64,000 bases of DNA from Candidatus Cloacimonadota bacterium. GTDB lineage: Bacteria > Cloacimonadota > Cloacimonadia > JGIOTU-2. The position numbers were made by a program, and so were the translations under genes. The notes beneath the pieces were generated by a model. That model made no database searches. It saw nothing but the letters and a program-made list of their open reading frames with translations, and was not told the DNA's origin. Shown here in pieces: positions 19,976-29,212 of this stretch; position 1 is the stretch's first letter; every line of letters starts with the position of its first letter. Location of the stretch: contig JBNGBT010000001.1 in NCBI GenBank assembly GCA_049903315.1, positions 64,001 to 128,000 of the forward strand, written 5' to 3'.

Positions 19976-22369
19976 CTATTCATATTTCAATGATTTTACC
20001 GGATTTGAATTTGCTGCTTTTATCGTTTTAAAACTGACTGTGAGGAATGCAATAATGAGTGCAATCAATCCCGAAAAGAGAAAAACACTAATGTTGATAC
20101 TCGTTCTATATGCAAAAGTCTGTAACCATTTATTCATGGCATACCAGGCAATTGGCCAGGCAACGATATTTGCAAGAAGTACAAGTTTTGAAAAATCTTT
20201 TGTCAGTAGGAATATGACCTGTCCGACTGATGAACCCAGCACTTTTCGTATGCCGATTTCTTTAATACGTCGTTCAGTTGCGTATGAAGCAAGACCAAAA
20301 AGCCCCAGACAGGCAATAACAATCGCAAGAATAGTGAAATACATAAATGTTCGTGCAAGGTTTCTCTCCGTCCTATGAATACGATCAAAATGCGTATCCA
20401 GGAAGAAATAATCATAAGGCATCGTGGGATTGATCTCTTTCCATTTTGCCTCGATTATATTGATCATGTGATAGATATTTCCAGGTTCCAGACGCATGCT
20501 TATATAGTTTCGATTGGGTGGATTGTAATACATGATCATTGGTTCGATTTTATCATGAAGGGGATTTACGTGAAAATCTTCTACGACTCCTACCACAGTA
20601 ATTGGGATCATTTCCTCTCCTTCAGTTATAAAGGGATCATGGAAAGTTTTGCCAATGGGCTCATCCCAACCTACATCTTTCACAAGTGTTTCGTTCACCA
20701 GTATGTTCATTGATTCATTTTCATATTCAGAGCTGAATGCCCTTCCTTGCGTTATATGTAATTTGAACGTTTCAATGAAGTCTTCATCTATATTGAAGGT
20801 TTTCATGAGCCATGGTTGCTCCTCGCTATATCCTTCAGGGAAGAAACCATGCCCCTGAGACGCTCCTGAACCAGGATAGTTCGATGATACACACACATCA
20901 ACTATGCCGGAAGTATTCTTAAGGTCTTCCTTAAACACAAGAGCTTGCTCTCTTGCTTCATTGCTTCGCAGGGGAAGGATGAGAACATGCTCTTTGTCAA
21001 AACCGAGCTTCTTCTGCTGAATATGTTGTAGTTGTTTCATAATAATTCCAGTACTCGCAATAAGCCCAATGGAAATGATAAACTGAAATACCACAAGAAT
21101 ATTTCGCAACGTAGATTTTTTGGTTTTTCCTAACAATTTCCCTTTAATAGTCTGTATGGGATCATGAGCAGAAAGATGAAACGCCGGATAGATGCCAGAT
21201 ACTATTGCAAGCAAGAGGAGAACTGAGATGCCGATAAAAATGTACGATCCCTGGGTTAAGAGTTCTAATTCTATCTCGAGACCACTTAATTGTTTAAAAA
21301 CGGGCTGCAGCAGTTCAACAAGAATGAGCGAAATCAGTGTTGCGATAATTGTGATAACAACGGATTCAAGCAGGAATTGTGTGATAAGATTCTTCCTGCT
21401 GGCACCGATAACCTTACGCATACCTACTTCTTTTGCTCGTATCAGATAATGTGCAGTGGTAAGGTTGATAAAGTTAATATATGCAATGACCAGAATAAAA
21501 AATGCAATTATCGAGAAAACGTAGACATAGGTTATATTTCCATCATTACCAAGATTGTATGAGTAGTGTGATCGTAAGTGAATATCTTTAACAGGTTCAA
21601 GGAAGAGGAGAAATTCCATGCCTGTTTGGTCCAATGTTATACCCATCTTATCCATTGCAAGATTCTCGATCTTTTTCTGGAACTCATCAGGATTGGTTCC
21701 CTCATTAAGGCGTATATAGTTATGAGCACTAAAAGAGCCCCAGTATTCAGGAATGTCATCAGTATATTCAACAGAAGTAAGGGCATTCATATGGAGATGT
21801 GAATTGGACTGAAAATCCTTGTATACACCTGTAATTGTGTAGTCAGTTGTTTCATTAAGGGATATTGTTTCTCCGACCGGATCTCCATTTTCGAAATATT
21901 TTTTTGCCAAGGATTCGGAAAGTACAATTGAATTTGGCTGCTCAAGAACTGTTTCCTTATCTCCCCTAATAATCTCATAATCAAACACTTTGAAGAAATT
22001 CTTCGTAGCGCCAGATATGTTCGTCTCATAAAATCTTTTTTCATTGTGCGTAACTAATTGTTTTGATGGATGAGAAAAAATGCTTGCAGCAGCTTCTACT
22101 TCAGGAAATTCATCTTCTAATACAATTGGTAACGGTACCATGGATACTGCATACTCGATTGGTTGAGTTGCGATCTCTCCTTTTATTGTAATCCTGAATA
22201 GATCCTCTGGGTTTTTATGAAAAGTATCAAAGCTCAGTTCATGAATGATGAAAAGTGCAATAAGGAAACATACTGCGATACTGACTGAAAGCCCAAGTAT
22301 GTTTATGATTGAGAGAGATTTATTCTTATATAAATTTCTAAATGCTATTTTAAGATAATTTCCAATCAT
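19976..22369 (-). CDS. MacB/FtsX-type duplicated ABC permease
   Basis: 797 aa; INFINLTTA..RAKEVGMRK; RIKEIGIRKVLGS; ends SNPVKSLKYE. Confidence 0.93.
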   Translation of the reverse strand: MIGNYLKIAFRNLYKNKSLSIINILGLSVSIAVCFLIALFIIHELSFDTFHKNPEDLFRITIKGEIATQPIEYAVSMVPLPIVLEDEFPEVEAAASIFSHPSKQLVTHNEKRFYETNISGATKNFFKVFDYEIIRGDKETVLEQPNSIVLSESLAKKYFENGDPVGETISLNETTDYTITGVYKDFQSNSHLHMNALTSVEYTDDIPEYWGSFSAHNYIRLNEGTNPDEFQKKIENLAMDKMGITLDQTGMEFLLFLEPVKDIHLRSHYSYNLGNDGNITYVYVFSIIAFFILVIAYINFINLTTAHYLIRAKEVGMRKVIGASRKNLITQFLLESVVITIIATLISLILVELLQPVFKQLSGLEIELELLTQGSYIFIGISVLLLLAIVSGIYPAFHLSAHDPIQTIKGKLLGKTKKSTLRNILVVFQFIISIGLIASTGIIMKQLQHIQQKKLGFDKEHVLILPLRSNEAREQALVFKEDLKNTSGIVDVCVSSNYPGSGASQGHGFFPEGYSEEQPWLMKTFNIDEDFIETFKLHITQGRAFSSEYENESMNILVNETLVKDVGWDEPIGKTFHDPFITEGEEMIPITVVGVVEDFHVNPLHDKIEPMIMYYNPPNRNYISMRLEPGNIYHMINIIEAKWKEINPTMPYDYFFLDTHFDRIHRTERNLARTFMYFTILAIVIACLGLFGLASYATERRIKEIGIRKVLGSSVGQVIFLLTKDFSKLVLLANIVAWPIAWYAMNKWLQTFAYRTSINISVFLFSGLIALIIAFLTVSFKTIKAANSNPVKSLKYE
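19977..20163. repeat. 3'-end homogenised tract, copy 2
   Basis: Matches 17557-17743. Confidence 0.9.
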
Positions 22370-22397
22370 ATTATACTTCCTTTATGCTTATACATAT

Positions 22398-23525
22398 TTA
22401 ATATTTTGGAATTGCTTGCATGATCTCCTCACCGAGTGTGATCTGGTCACCATGCATACAGCAATTTGATAATAGGATAACTCCTGTTTTTGTTACATTA
22501 TTAAATCCTATATATGATGAATGACCTTGTGTATCACCACCGGACCAGATAATTTCTTGTTCATCTTCCAACTCTTTAACATACCATGCAATCGCTTGTC
22601 TACCCCATGATCCTATGTCAAATTGAGGTTGATGTGCAAGGTCCATTGCTGCATATAATTGTGAGTCATGTAATCCCATATTTGCTTTAAGATAAATAAA
22701 TAGATCATTCAAACAGGATTTGATAAACCCGCAACCCTGAAAGATATCGTGAGCAATGTAATACGGTACTTCTTCCATTTCATCTGAATAGCCTAACGAA
22801 TAGTTGGACATTTGTTCAGTTGTTAAGAAAAGAGAGCTTCTATCCATGCCGAGTTCATCAAATATATCTCTTTGCAGGACTGTTTCATATGAGGTACCGT
22901 CACCCAATCCGATAATATGACCAAGCAGTCCATAACCGGTATTTGAATAGCTCCATTGAGAGCTGGGTTCAAAATCCAACACACAATAATTGGTAAAATA
23001 ATCATAAATATCATCTGTAGTATAGACCCAATATGGATTTAAAGGATCGAAGCCACTGGGGATCGGATAAGACTGACCTTCTTCATGAGGAGTACGAGGT
23101 AATCCGGATGTGTGTGTTGCAAGATCACCAATGGTTATCTCAGTTCCATTGAACGTGGGTAATGTAACTTCTTCTGGGAGATAATGATTCACCGTGTCAT
23201 CTATATAGCTTCCTTGTAGATAGATGTTCGTAAGTAAGGTTGCTGTGAATGTCTTTGTTATCGATCCGATATCAAAGACCGTGTTGCCATTTGGAGCATC
23301 TTTTGATCCTAGCGATTTAACCCCATAAGCATATACTTTTTCATTTTGGTCTTTATCAATAATTCCGACGATTATACCGACTTGAGTATGGGGTTGTATA
23401 ATAGCGTCTATTTTTTCTTTTAATGTGGTAATTTCAGGGTTAATTATTTTTGAGTTATCACAACTACAAAGCAATATTAATAAAGAAACGATGATTAAAA
23501 CTAAAGAGATATTTTTTTTATTCAT
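22398..23525 (-). CDS. Serine hydrolase, class C beta-lactamase-related fold, probable lipoprotein
   Basis: FDIGSITK (SxxK), LATHTSGLP, YSNTGY (YxN), WSGG; signal ending LCSC. Confidence 0.87.
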   Translation of the reverse strand: MNKKNISLVLIIVSLLILLCSCDNSKIINPEITTLKEKIDAIIQPHTQVGIIVGIIDKDQNEKVYAYGVKSLGSKDAPNGNTVFDIGSITKTFTATLLTNIYLQGSYIDDTVNHYLPEEVTLPTFNGTEITIGDLATHTSGLPRTPHEEGQSYPIPSGFDPLNPYWVYTTDDIYDYFTNYCVLDFEPSSQWSYSNTGYGLLGHIIGLGDGTSYETVLQRDIFDELGMDRSSLFLTTEQMSNYSLGYSDEMEEVPYYIAHDIFQGCGFIKSCLNDLFIYLKANMGLHDSQLYAAMDLAHQPQFDIGSWGRQAIAWYVKELEDEQEIIWSGGDTQGHSSYIGFNNVTKTGVILLSNCCMHGDQITLGEEIMQAIPKY

Positions 23526-25908
23526 ATTTTATGACCTCCGATGGATTTGTATGAGCTGTTCTCAATGTTTGAAAACTCAGAACAATTATTGAAAGTAAAA
23601 TAGTAATCACACCTGATAGAAGGAAGATCAAAGGATTGATGCTGCTTCTATATGCAAAATTTAAGAGCCATTTTTGTATGATATAATAAGAAACGGGCCA
23701 GGCAATGACATTTGCGATGATGACCCAGAGTAAAAAGTTTTTATTAAGCAATTTTATTAATGTAGTTACTGAAGCACCCAGAACCTTCCTGATACCGATC
23801 TCTTTTGTTCGAAGCTGGAATATGAATAATGAAATTCCAATCAATCCTGAACACGCAATGAAGATAGCGAGAATACTGAAGTGTCGCATAAGCGTTATCG
23901 CTTTCATTTCATTTTGATATTTTTCATTGAATGCTTCATCAGCAAAGAAGTATTCTATTGGGATATGAGGGAAATTTTTCTGCCATACATTATTGATCTC
24001 ATTTATGACTTGTGCCAGGTCGTTCGATTGGATATTCAGGGTGAGATACTGGAAGTATCCGGGATAAAATTCAAAGAAAAGCGGCTCAATCTCCACATGC
24101 AGACTTTCAAAATTAAAGTCCTTAAAGATGCCGATGATCTTCCCGGTTCGACCTCCATGCCCTGTTTGGATTTCCTGTCCCAAAGCATCCTGGGGAGAAT
24201 TCCATCCCATATGTTTTATTCCACTTTCACTCATCATAAAAACACGATCTGGTTCGGTATCCAGTGATGGATTAAAATTCCTTCCTTCTATAACATGAAT
24301 ATCGTATTGAGGTAGAAAATCCTGATCGATGCTGAAGCAGTACATCGTAGTTTGTACCTTATCCTCGTTATTCTCGCTTTCAATTGAAAAACTTGGGTAA
24401 TTCCTACCTGGGAGCTGACCTGAGGCAGTTACACCCTGCACACCGGGAATTGTTACAAAGATATCCTTATATGTTTCATATTTATCGGGGAATTCTGTTT
24501 CTCTTCTCATCGTAAGTACAAATTTGTGGTTGGCATCATATCCAAGATCCTTATTTTGCATATATGCAACTTGTTGTTTCATGCTCAGCATCACGATAAT
24601 GATTACGATAGAAATGGCAAATTGCATAATGATGAGTCCCGGTCTGAGTATTTTATTCGTAAACTGTACTTTTTTCTGACCGAGTGAGTGAGATGTTGTT
24701 CTTAAGGATGCATACATTGCGGGATAGATACTTGTGGCGATACCTGCTAGAAGGATCAAAATGGTGAAGAATGCGATTTTAGCAAAAGGTAATTCCCTGA
24801 GATACAAGGTTGGAATTCCGGTAAAATTTAGGAAAGATGGAAGCACCAGTTCGATTGCTATTACGGATACAATAAGAGCCAGAAGTACTGTGATCATACT
24901 CTCGATAAGAAATTGATGAACAAGCTGACCCTTACATGCTCCAAGTACTTTTCGAATACCTACCTCTTTCGTTCGTTTGAAATATAGAGCAAGTGTGAGA
25001 TTTATAAAATTAAGACATGCAAGAAACAGCACAAATACACCCAGTAATCTGAAGATCACTATGTTACGTGCAGAGGATGAGACGACTATTCCACTATCGG
25101 TCAGTCTTTGCTTGCTGATCATAGATATCGGTTGTAATATAAAAGTATAGTCAAGACCGGAATCCTTGAATTGCTGAATAGCTTGTTCGTTAGAAAGGTA
25201 TTTTACTTTTTCCTGAACAAGTTCTAAGTTCGCTTCTGGACGTAGCTTCACAAATGTTTCAATGGCATGCCATAACCATGCAGAATTGTGAAATGCAGGA
25301 TCGTCGATAGTATAGATTGTCCTGAGAATATCATATTGAAGATAGGAATAGGATGGGGGATTCTCGATCACTGCACCAACAGTATAATCCTCATCACGTA
25401 TTGTCAGTGTTTGCCCGATGATATCTGTCGTGCCAAAATATCGTTCTGCAATTCGTCGCGATACAACAATATTGTCTGGATTATCAATGACTTCCAATGG
25501 CTTTCCCTGCAGTACTGGAATTGAAAACATGCTGAAGAAAGAAGGATCGACATAACGGTAGTGATCTTCATAAGCTGTATGGTTTGGTCCGGCAACAAGC
25601 CGGCTGCTCATTTCAAGATAGCGGCACGTAGATTCTATTTCAGGAATAGTTGATTCAAATTCGAGTGCTAAAGGAGGAGCTGTTGCTTCACTTATCGATT
25701 CGTTCCCAAGAGACATCTCTTTCTGGCAGATCCGAAAGATCCTCTCATGATTCGGATAGAATGTATCATAAGACATCTCGTGATTGGTGAATACAAATAC
25801 AAGAAAAAGGCCAGTTATGCCAATAGAGAGCCCCATGACGCTGATGAGCGTGATGATCTTATTTTTCAGCAGGTTTTTTATAGAACTTCGAATATAATTC
25901 TTTAGCAA
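23518..25908 (-). CDS. MacB/FtsX-type duplicated ABC permease (TTG start)
   Basis: 796 aa; GGAGG-TCTTC-TTG start; LNFINL..KRTKEVGIRK; ends PSEVIKYE. Confidence 0.92.
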   Translation of the reverse strand: MLKNYIRSSIKNLLKNKIITLISVMGLSIGITGLFLVFVFTNHEMSYDTFYPNHERIFRICQKEMSLGNESISEATAPPLALEFESTIPEIESTCRYLEMSSRLVAGPNHTAYEDHYRYVDPSFFSMFSIPVLQGKPLEVIDNPDNIVVSRRIAERYFGTTDIIGQTLTIRDEDYTVGAVIENPPSYSYLQYDILRTIYTIDDPAFHNSAWLWHAIETFVKLRPEANLELVQEKVKYLSNEQAIQQFKDSGLDYTFILQPISMISKQRLTDSGIVVSSSARNIVIFRLLGVFVLFLACLNFINLTLALYFKRTKEVGIRKVLGACKGQLVHQFLIESMITVLLALIVSVIAIELVLPSFLNFTGIPTLYLRELPFAKIAFFTILILLAGIATSIYPAMYASLRTTSHSLGQKKVQFTNKILRPGLIIMQFAISIVIIIVMLSMKQQVAYMQNKDLGYDANHKFVLTMRRETEFPDKYETYKDIFVTIPGVQGVTASGQLPGRNYPSFSIESENNEDKVQTTMYCFSIDQDFLPQYDIHVIEGRNFNPSLDTEPDRVFMMSESGIKHMGWNSPQDALGQEIQTGHGGRTGKIIGIFKDFNFESLHVEIEPLFFEFYPGYFQYLTLNIQSNDLAQVINEINNVWQKNFPHIPIEYFFADEAFNEKYQNEMKAITLMRHFSILAIFIACSGLIGISLFIFQLRTKEIGIRKVLGASVTTLIKLLNKNFLLWVIIANVIAWPVSYYIIQKWLLNFAYRSSINPLIFLLSGVITILLSIIVLSFQTLRTAHTNPSEVIKYE

Positions 25909-25917
25909 GAAGACCTC

Positions 25918-28314
25918 CTATTCATACTTAATAACCTCTGCAGGATTTGTTCTCGCTGCTTTGATCGTTTGAAAACTTACTGTAATAATTGATAGAAGCA
26001 GTACAGCAAAAGCTGAAAGCAAGAAAATCCAGGGTGGTTGTTCTGTCCGATAAGCAAATCCCTGAAGCCATTTATTCATGCCGATATATGCAAGCGGAGA
26101 TGCAATGAAGATCGAAATAAAGATCAAATGAATGAAGTCACCTGATAATCTGATCGTTATGCCGCTTACAGAAGCTCCCATAACTTTTCGGATGCCTATT
26201 TCCTTTGTTTTCTTGTGTACAAGAAAAGTAGTGAGACCAAACAGACCAAGGACTGCAAGCAAGATTGCCAGCAAGCAGAAGTATAATGCCATCTTTCCGA
26301 CTTGTTTATCGGATGCATATTGATTGTGGAGAACATCATCCAGGAAATAATATTTGAACATGAAATTTGGATTAAAACCCAGTAGCTGTTTCTTAATGAT
26401 GTTTAACGTTTCTTCAGTGGGTTTAGTAAATGTTTTAATGATGAGAAAATTTGCATTATCAGGTAGATTATATATAATGAGAGGTTCAATTTTATCATGG
26501 AGCGAGGATGAATGAAAATCATTGAGAACCCCAATAACATTCAGTTTTACCAGCTCCTCATTTTCACCTTGAAACGAGAAGGTTTTTCCAAGAGGTTCTT
26601 TCCATCCAAAGGTTTTTGCGGCAGTTTCATTGATTATCACACTTTCGGTTGGATCAGAGGGATAATGTTGGGAAAAATTCCTGCCATATGTAAAACGCAT
26701 CCCCAAGGCTTCCAGAAAATCTTCATCAACAAAGAGTTTTTGTCCCATCTGTGGTTGTTCTAACGGAAAACCTTCAGGATACATAATTGCTTTATGAATA
26801 CCAAATCCGGGTACTAATGATGAGAATCCAATTTTTTTGATGTGTGGAAGTTGAGAAAGTTGCTCCTTGAGGACCTCGGCAGACCTGTTCTGCAAAAGAA
26901 GTCTTGTATTCGGAACAACGATCAGGTTCTCCTGCTCGAATCCAGGTTCTTTGTCTTGCATAAAATTGATCTGGTTAAATATTGTAAGAGTCGAAATAAT
27001 AAGAATAAGAGAAATCGTGAACTGCAGAATCACCAGTGTATTTCTTAAATGTGCCTTGCTTGATGTTTGTAAAAATCCTAAACGAAGAGTTGCAACGGGT
27101 TTAAAGCGGGAAAGATAAAATGCGGGATAGCTTCCTGCTAATATGCCCAGGAGAACAGGAAAAAGAAGAATAAATCCTATTGCCATAACAGGATTAAGAA
27201 AAGTGAGATCGATATAAACACCGAAAATACTTTGCAAACTCGGTCGCACAAGGTCAATTATAACGAGTGTGATCATCATAGCAAAATAACAAAGTAAAAT
27301 AGACTCAGTAAGAAATTGTGCTATAAGTTGTCTTTTTCTTGAGCCGATTGCTTTACGAAGTCCTATTTCACGAGCTCGTACGCTTGCATTTGCAGTCGAA
27401 AGATTGATAAAATTGATACATGCTATTATCAAGATAAAAATTGCTATTGAAAAGAAGATATGTAATGTTTTTATATCTGACTGCCTTGCAATATCTCCTG
27501 CCAAATCAGACCGAAGATGAATGTCCATAAGAGGTTGCAAGAAGAAAGTAAGTTGAGCTCCAACCGAATTGAGCAACTCACCCATATGTGCATCGACAAA
27601 TGAAGTCAGCTTTGCTTCGAAGTCCTCGATCGAGGTATTTTTTTTGAGGAGAAGATAAGTGAAAAACTGGATATGGAACCAATTGTACATCGCATCATTA
27701 TCTTGAGAGACTAGTGTTTCAAACGATCCCATTATATTAAATCTAAAATGAGAATTGTGCGGGATGTCCTCAATAACACCCGTTATCCGATATGGTGAAT
27801 TATTAATCTCTAACGTTTCTCCAATTGGATTGATTTCACCAAAATATTTCTGTGCAATCGATTTTGTAATAACTGTAGTAAAAGGCTCTATGAGTGATGT
27901 TTGCAGGTCGCCACTTATAGATGGAAAAGTAAACACCTCGAAAATCGAATTATCCCCATGACAGATGCCTTCTTCGATAAAAGTCTTGTTACCTATTTTT
28001 ATAGTCGCTCTTCGAGGGCTTTCAAGTCTGGCTGCTTGAAGAACTTCAGGGAAATCCTCTACTAATTGTGGACCAGCATTTGGCATGGTCATAGGATAGA
28101 TCATGTGATTCCCAGCTTCAAAATCTACGCAGAGTCTATATATTTGTTCCTTATTTTTATTGAAACCATCAAAACTCATTTCGTAACCGATCCATATCAT
28201 AATAAGTATGAACGAGGTGGTGCCTAGGATCAACCCGATAAGATTGATCAAACTGAATACCTTGTGGTGCTTTATATTCCGAAAACTAAGAGTGAGATAG
28301 TTCTTAAGCATCAT
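25918..28314 (-). CDS. MacB/FtsX-type duplicated ABC permease
   Basis: 798 aa (start 28314 or 28311); INFINLSTANASVRAREIGLRK; ends VIKYE. Confidence 0.92.
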   Translation of the reverse strand: MMLKNYLTLSFRNIKHHKVFSLINLIGLILGTTSFILIMIWIGYEMSFDGFNKNKEQIYRLCVDFEAGNHMIYPMTMPNAGPQLVEDFPEVLQAARLESPRRATIKIGNKTFIEEGICHGDNSIFEVFTFPSISGDLQTSLIEPFTTVITKSIAQKYFGEINPIGETLEINNSPYRITGVIEDIPHNSHFRFNIMGSFETLVSQDNDAMYNWFHIQFFTYLLLKKNTSIEDFEAKLTSFVDAHMGELLNSVGAQLTFFLQPLMDIHLRSDLAGDIARQSDIKTLHIFFSIAIFILIIACINFINLSTANASVRAREIGLRKAIGSRKRQLIAQFLTESILLCYFAMMITLVIIDLVRPSLQSIFGVYIDLTFLNPVMAIGFILLFPVLLGILAGSYPAFYLSRFKPVATLRLGFLQTSSKAHLRNTLVILQFTISLILIISTLTIFNQINFMQDKEPGFEQENLIVVPNTRLLLQNRSAEVLKEQLSQLPHIKKIGFSSLVPGFGIHKAIMYPEGFPLEQPQMGQKLFVDEDFLEALGMRFTYGRNFSQHYPSDPTESVIINETAAKTFGWKEPLGKTFSFQGENEELVKLNVIGVLNDFHSSSLHDKIEPLIIYNLPDNANFLIIKTFTKPTEETLNIIKKQLLGFNPNFMFKYYFLDDVLHNQYASDKQVGKMALYFCLLAILLAVLGLFGLTTFLVHKKTKEIGIRKVMGASVSGITIRLSGDFIHLIFISIFIASPLAYIGMNKWLQGFAYRTEQPPWIFLLSAFAVLLLSIITVSFQTIKAARTNPAEVIKYE

Positions 28315-28368
28315 GAGACCTATTCATTTTTATTATCCTGAGTTTTATAAATATATAGATAATAATAA

Positions 28369-28385
28369 TGCATTTTTTGTGCCAA
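28369..28385 (-). promoter_or_regulatory. Sigma-54 -24/-12 promoter (module copy 2)
   Basis: Minus strand TTGGCACAAAAAATGCA, identical to 9114-9130. Confidence 0.85.
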
Positions 28386-28448
28386 AAGCCGTAAATGTAT
28401 GCATCTCTTTATTTGCAAGGGATTTGGTGATTCGTTGGTCTTAATAAC

Positions 28449-28485
28449 TGTACGTTTATGAAACAGTAGTGTACGACAGTGAACA
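28449..28485. promoter_or_regulatory. Tandem enhancer-like boxes (module copy 2)
   Basis: tgtacgtttatgaaaca-gtag-tgtacgacagtgaaca. Confidence 0.8.
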
Positions 28486-28521
28486 CTTCTTTAATGTAAG
28501 AGCTACGGCGGTTATCACCTT

Positions 28522-29205
28522 TTAAGAGGATTTATCTATTACATCATGATAGATAGCAATCTGGCACACATCATCACCTTTCATTATTGATTTGATGATT
28601 TTTACTTCTACTTCTTTGTGTAATATGTATTCCCAGATATCTTTATAATATCCAGCTCCACAGTAACAATATTGATCATCGATTGGTTTATTCTCTAAAA
28701 TTGATTCACGGATGCGAGGACAATGACAATATAGAAACCGTTTTTTCACAGGATCGTCTTCTATAAAGTAGTTATGAAAATCCTTTGGGATCTTCGTTGA
28801 ATAGATCACATCTCCTTCTAATTTACCAGCTAATCCCCAACCGTTTTTCCTTAAAAACTCCATCTGATCTTCATTGAGATTTTTATATGAACGGATAAAT
28901 TTCTCAAAGTGTTGTTGGAGAAGATTATGTGCGTGCTCGACATCTTTGGTCTTATCATACTCATTTTTGATGTATTGGAGATCTTCCTTGGGTTTGAGAC
29001 AAGCACAGGAACACATGATCTCTGTGATTTCACGATCATCAAGTTTATCATTGAGGAACTTCATCAATTGTTGAGACCAAGCGATTAAATTTTCTCTTTC
29101 GATTAAGTTCTCTACCTCGTTATATAAATGAGCTTTACCAATCTTAATAAATCCATTCTGTAATTTTTTTCTCCATTGCTCTTCAAAGGGATCATTATTT
29201 TTCAT
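28522..29205 (-). CDS. Cys-rich cytoplasmic protein, DUF6144-like
   Basis: Motifs CSCAC, YCHCPR, YCYCGAG, SIMKGDDVC; start likely MKNNDPF at 29205 after AGGAGA; family assigned from recall. Confidence 0.7.
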   Translation of the reverse strand: MKNNDPFEEQWRKKLQNGFIKIGKAHLYNEVENLIERENLIAWSQQLMKFLNDKLDDREITEIMCSCACLKPKEDLQYIKNEYDKTKDVEHAHNLLQQHFEKFIRSYKNLNEDQMEFLRKNGWGLAGKLEGDVIYSTKIPKDFHNYFIEDDPVKKRFLYCHCPRIRESILENKPIDDQYCYCGAGYYKDIWEYILHKEVEVKIIKSIMKGDDVCQIAIYHDVIDKSS

Positions 29206-29212
29206 TATTCTC

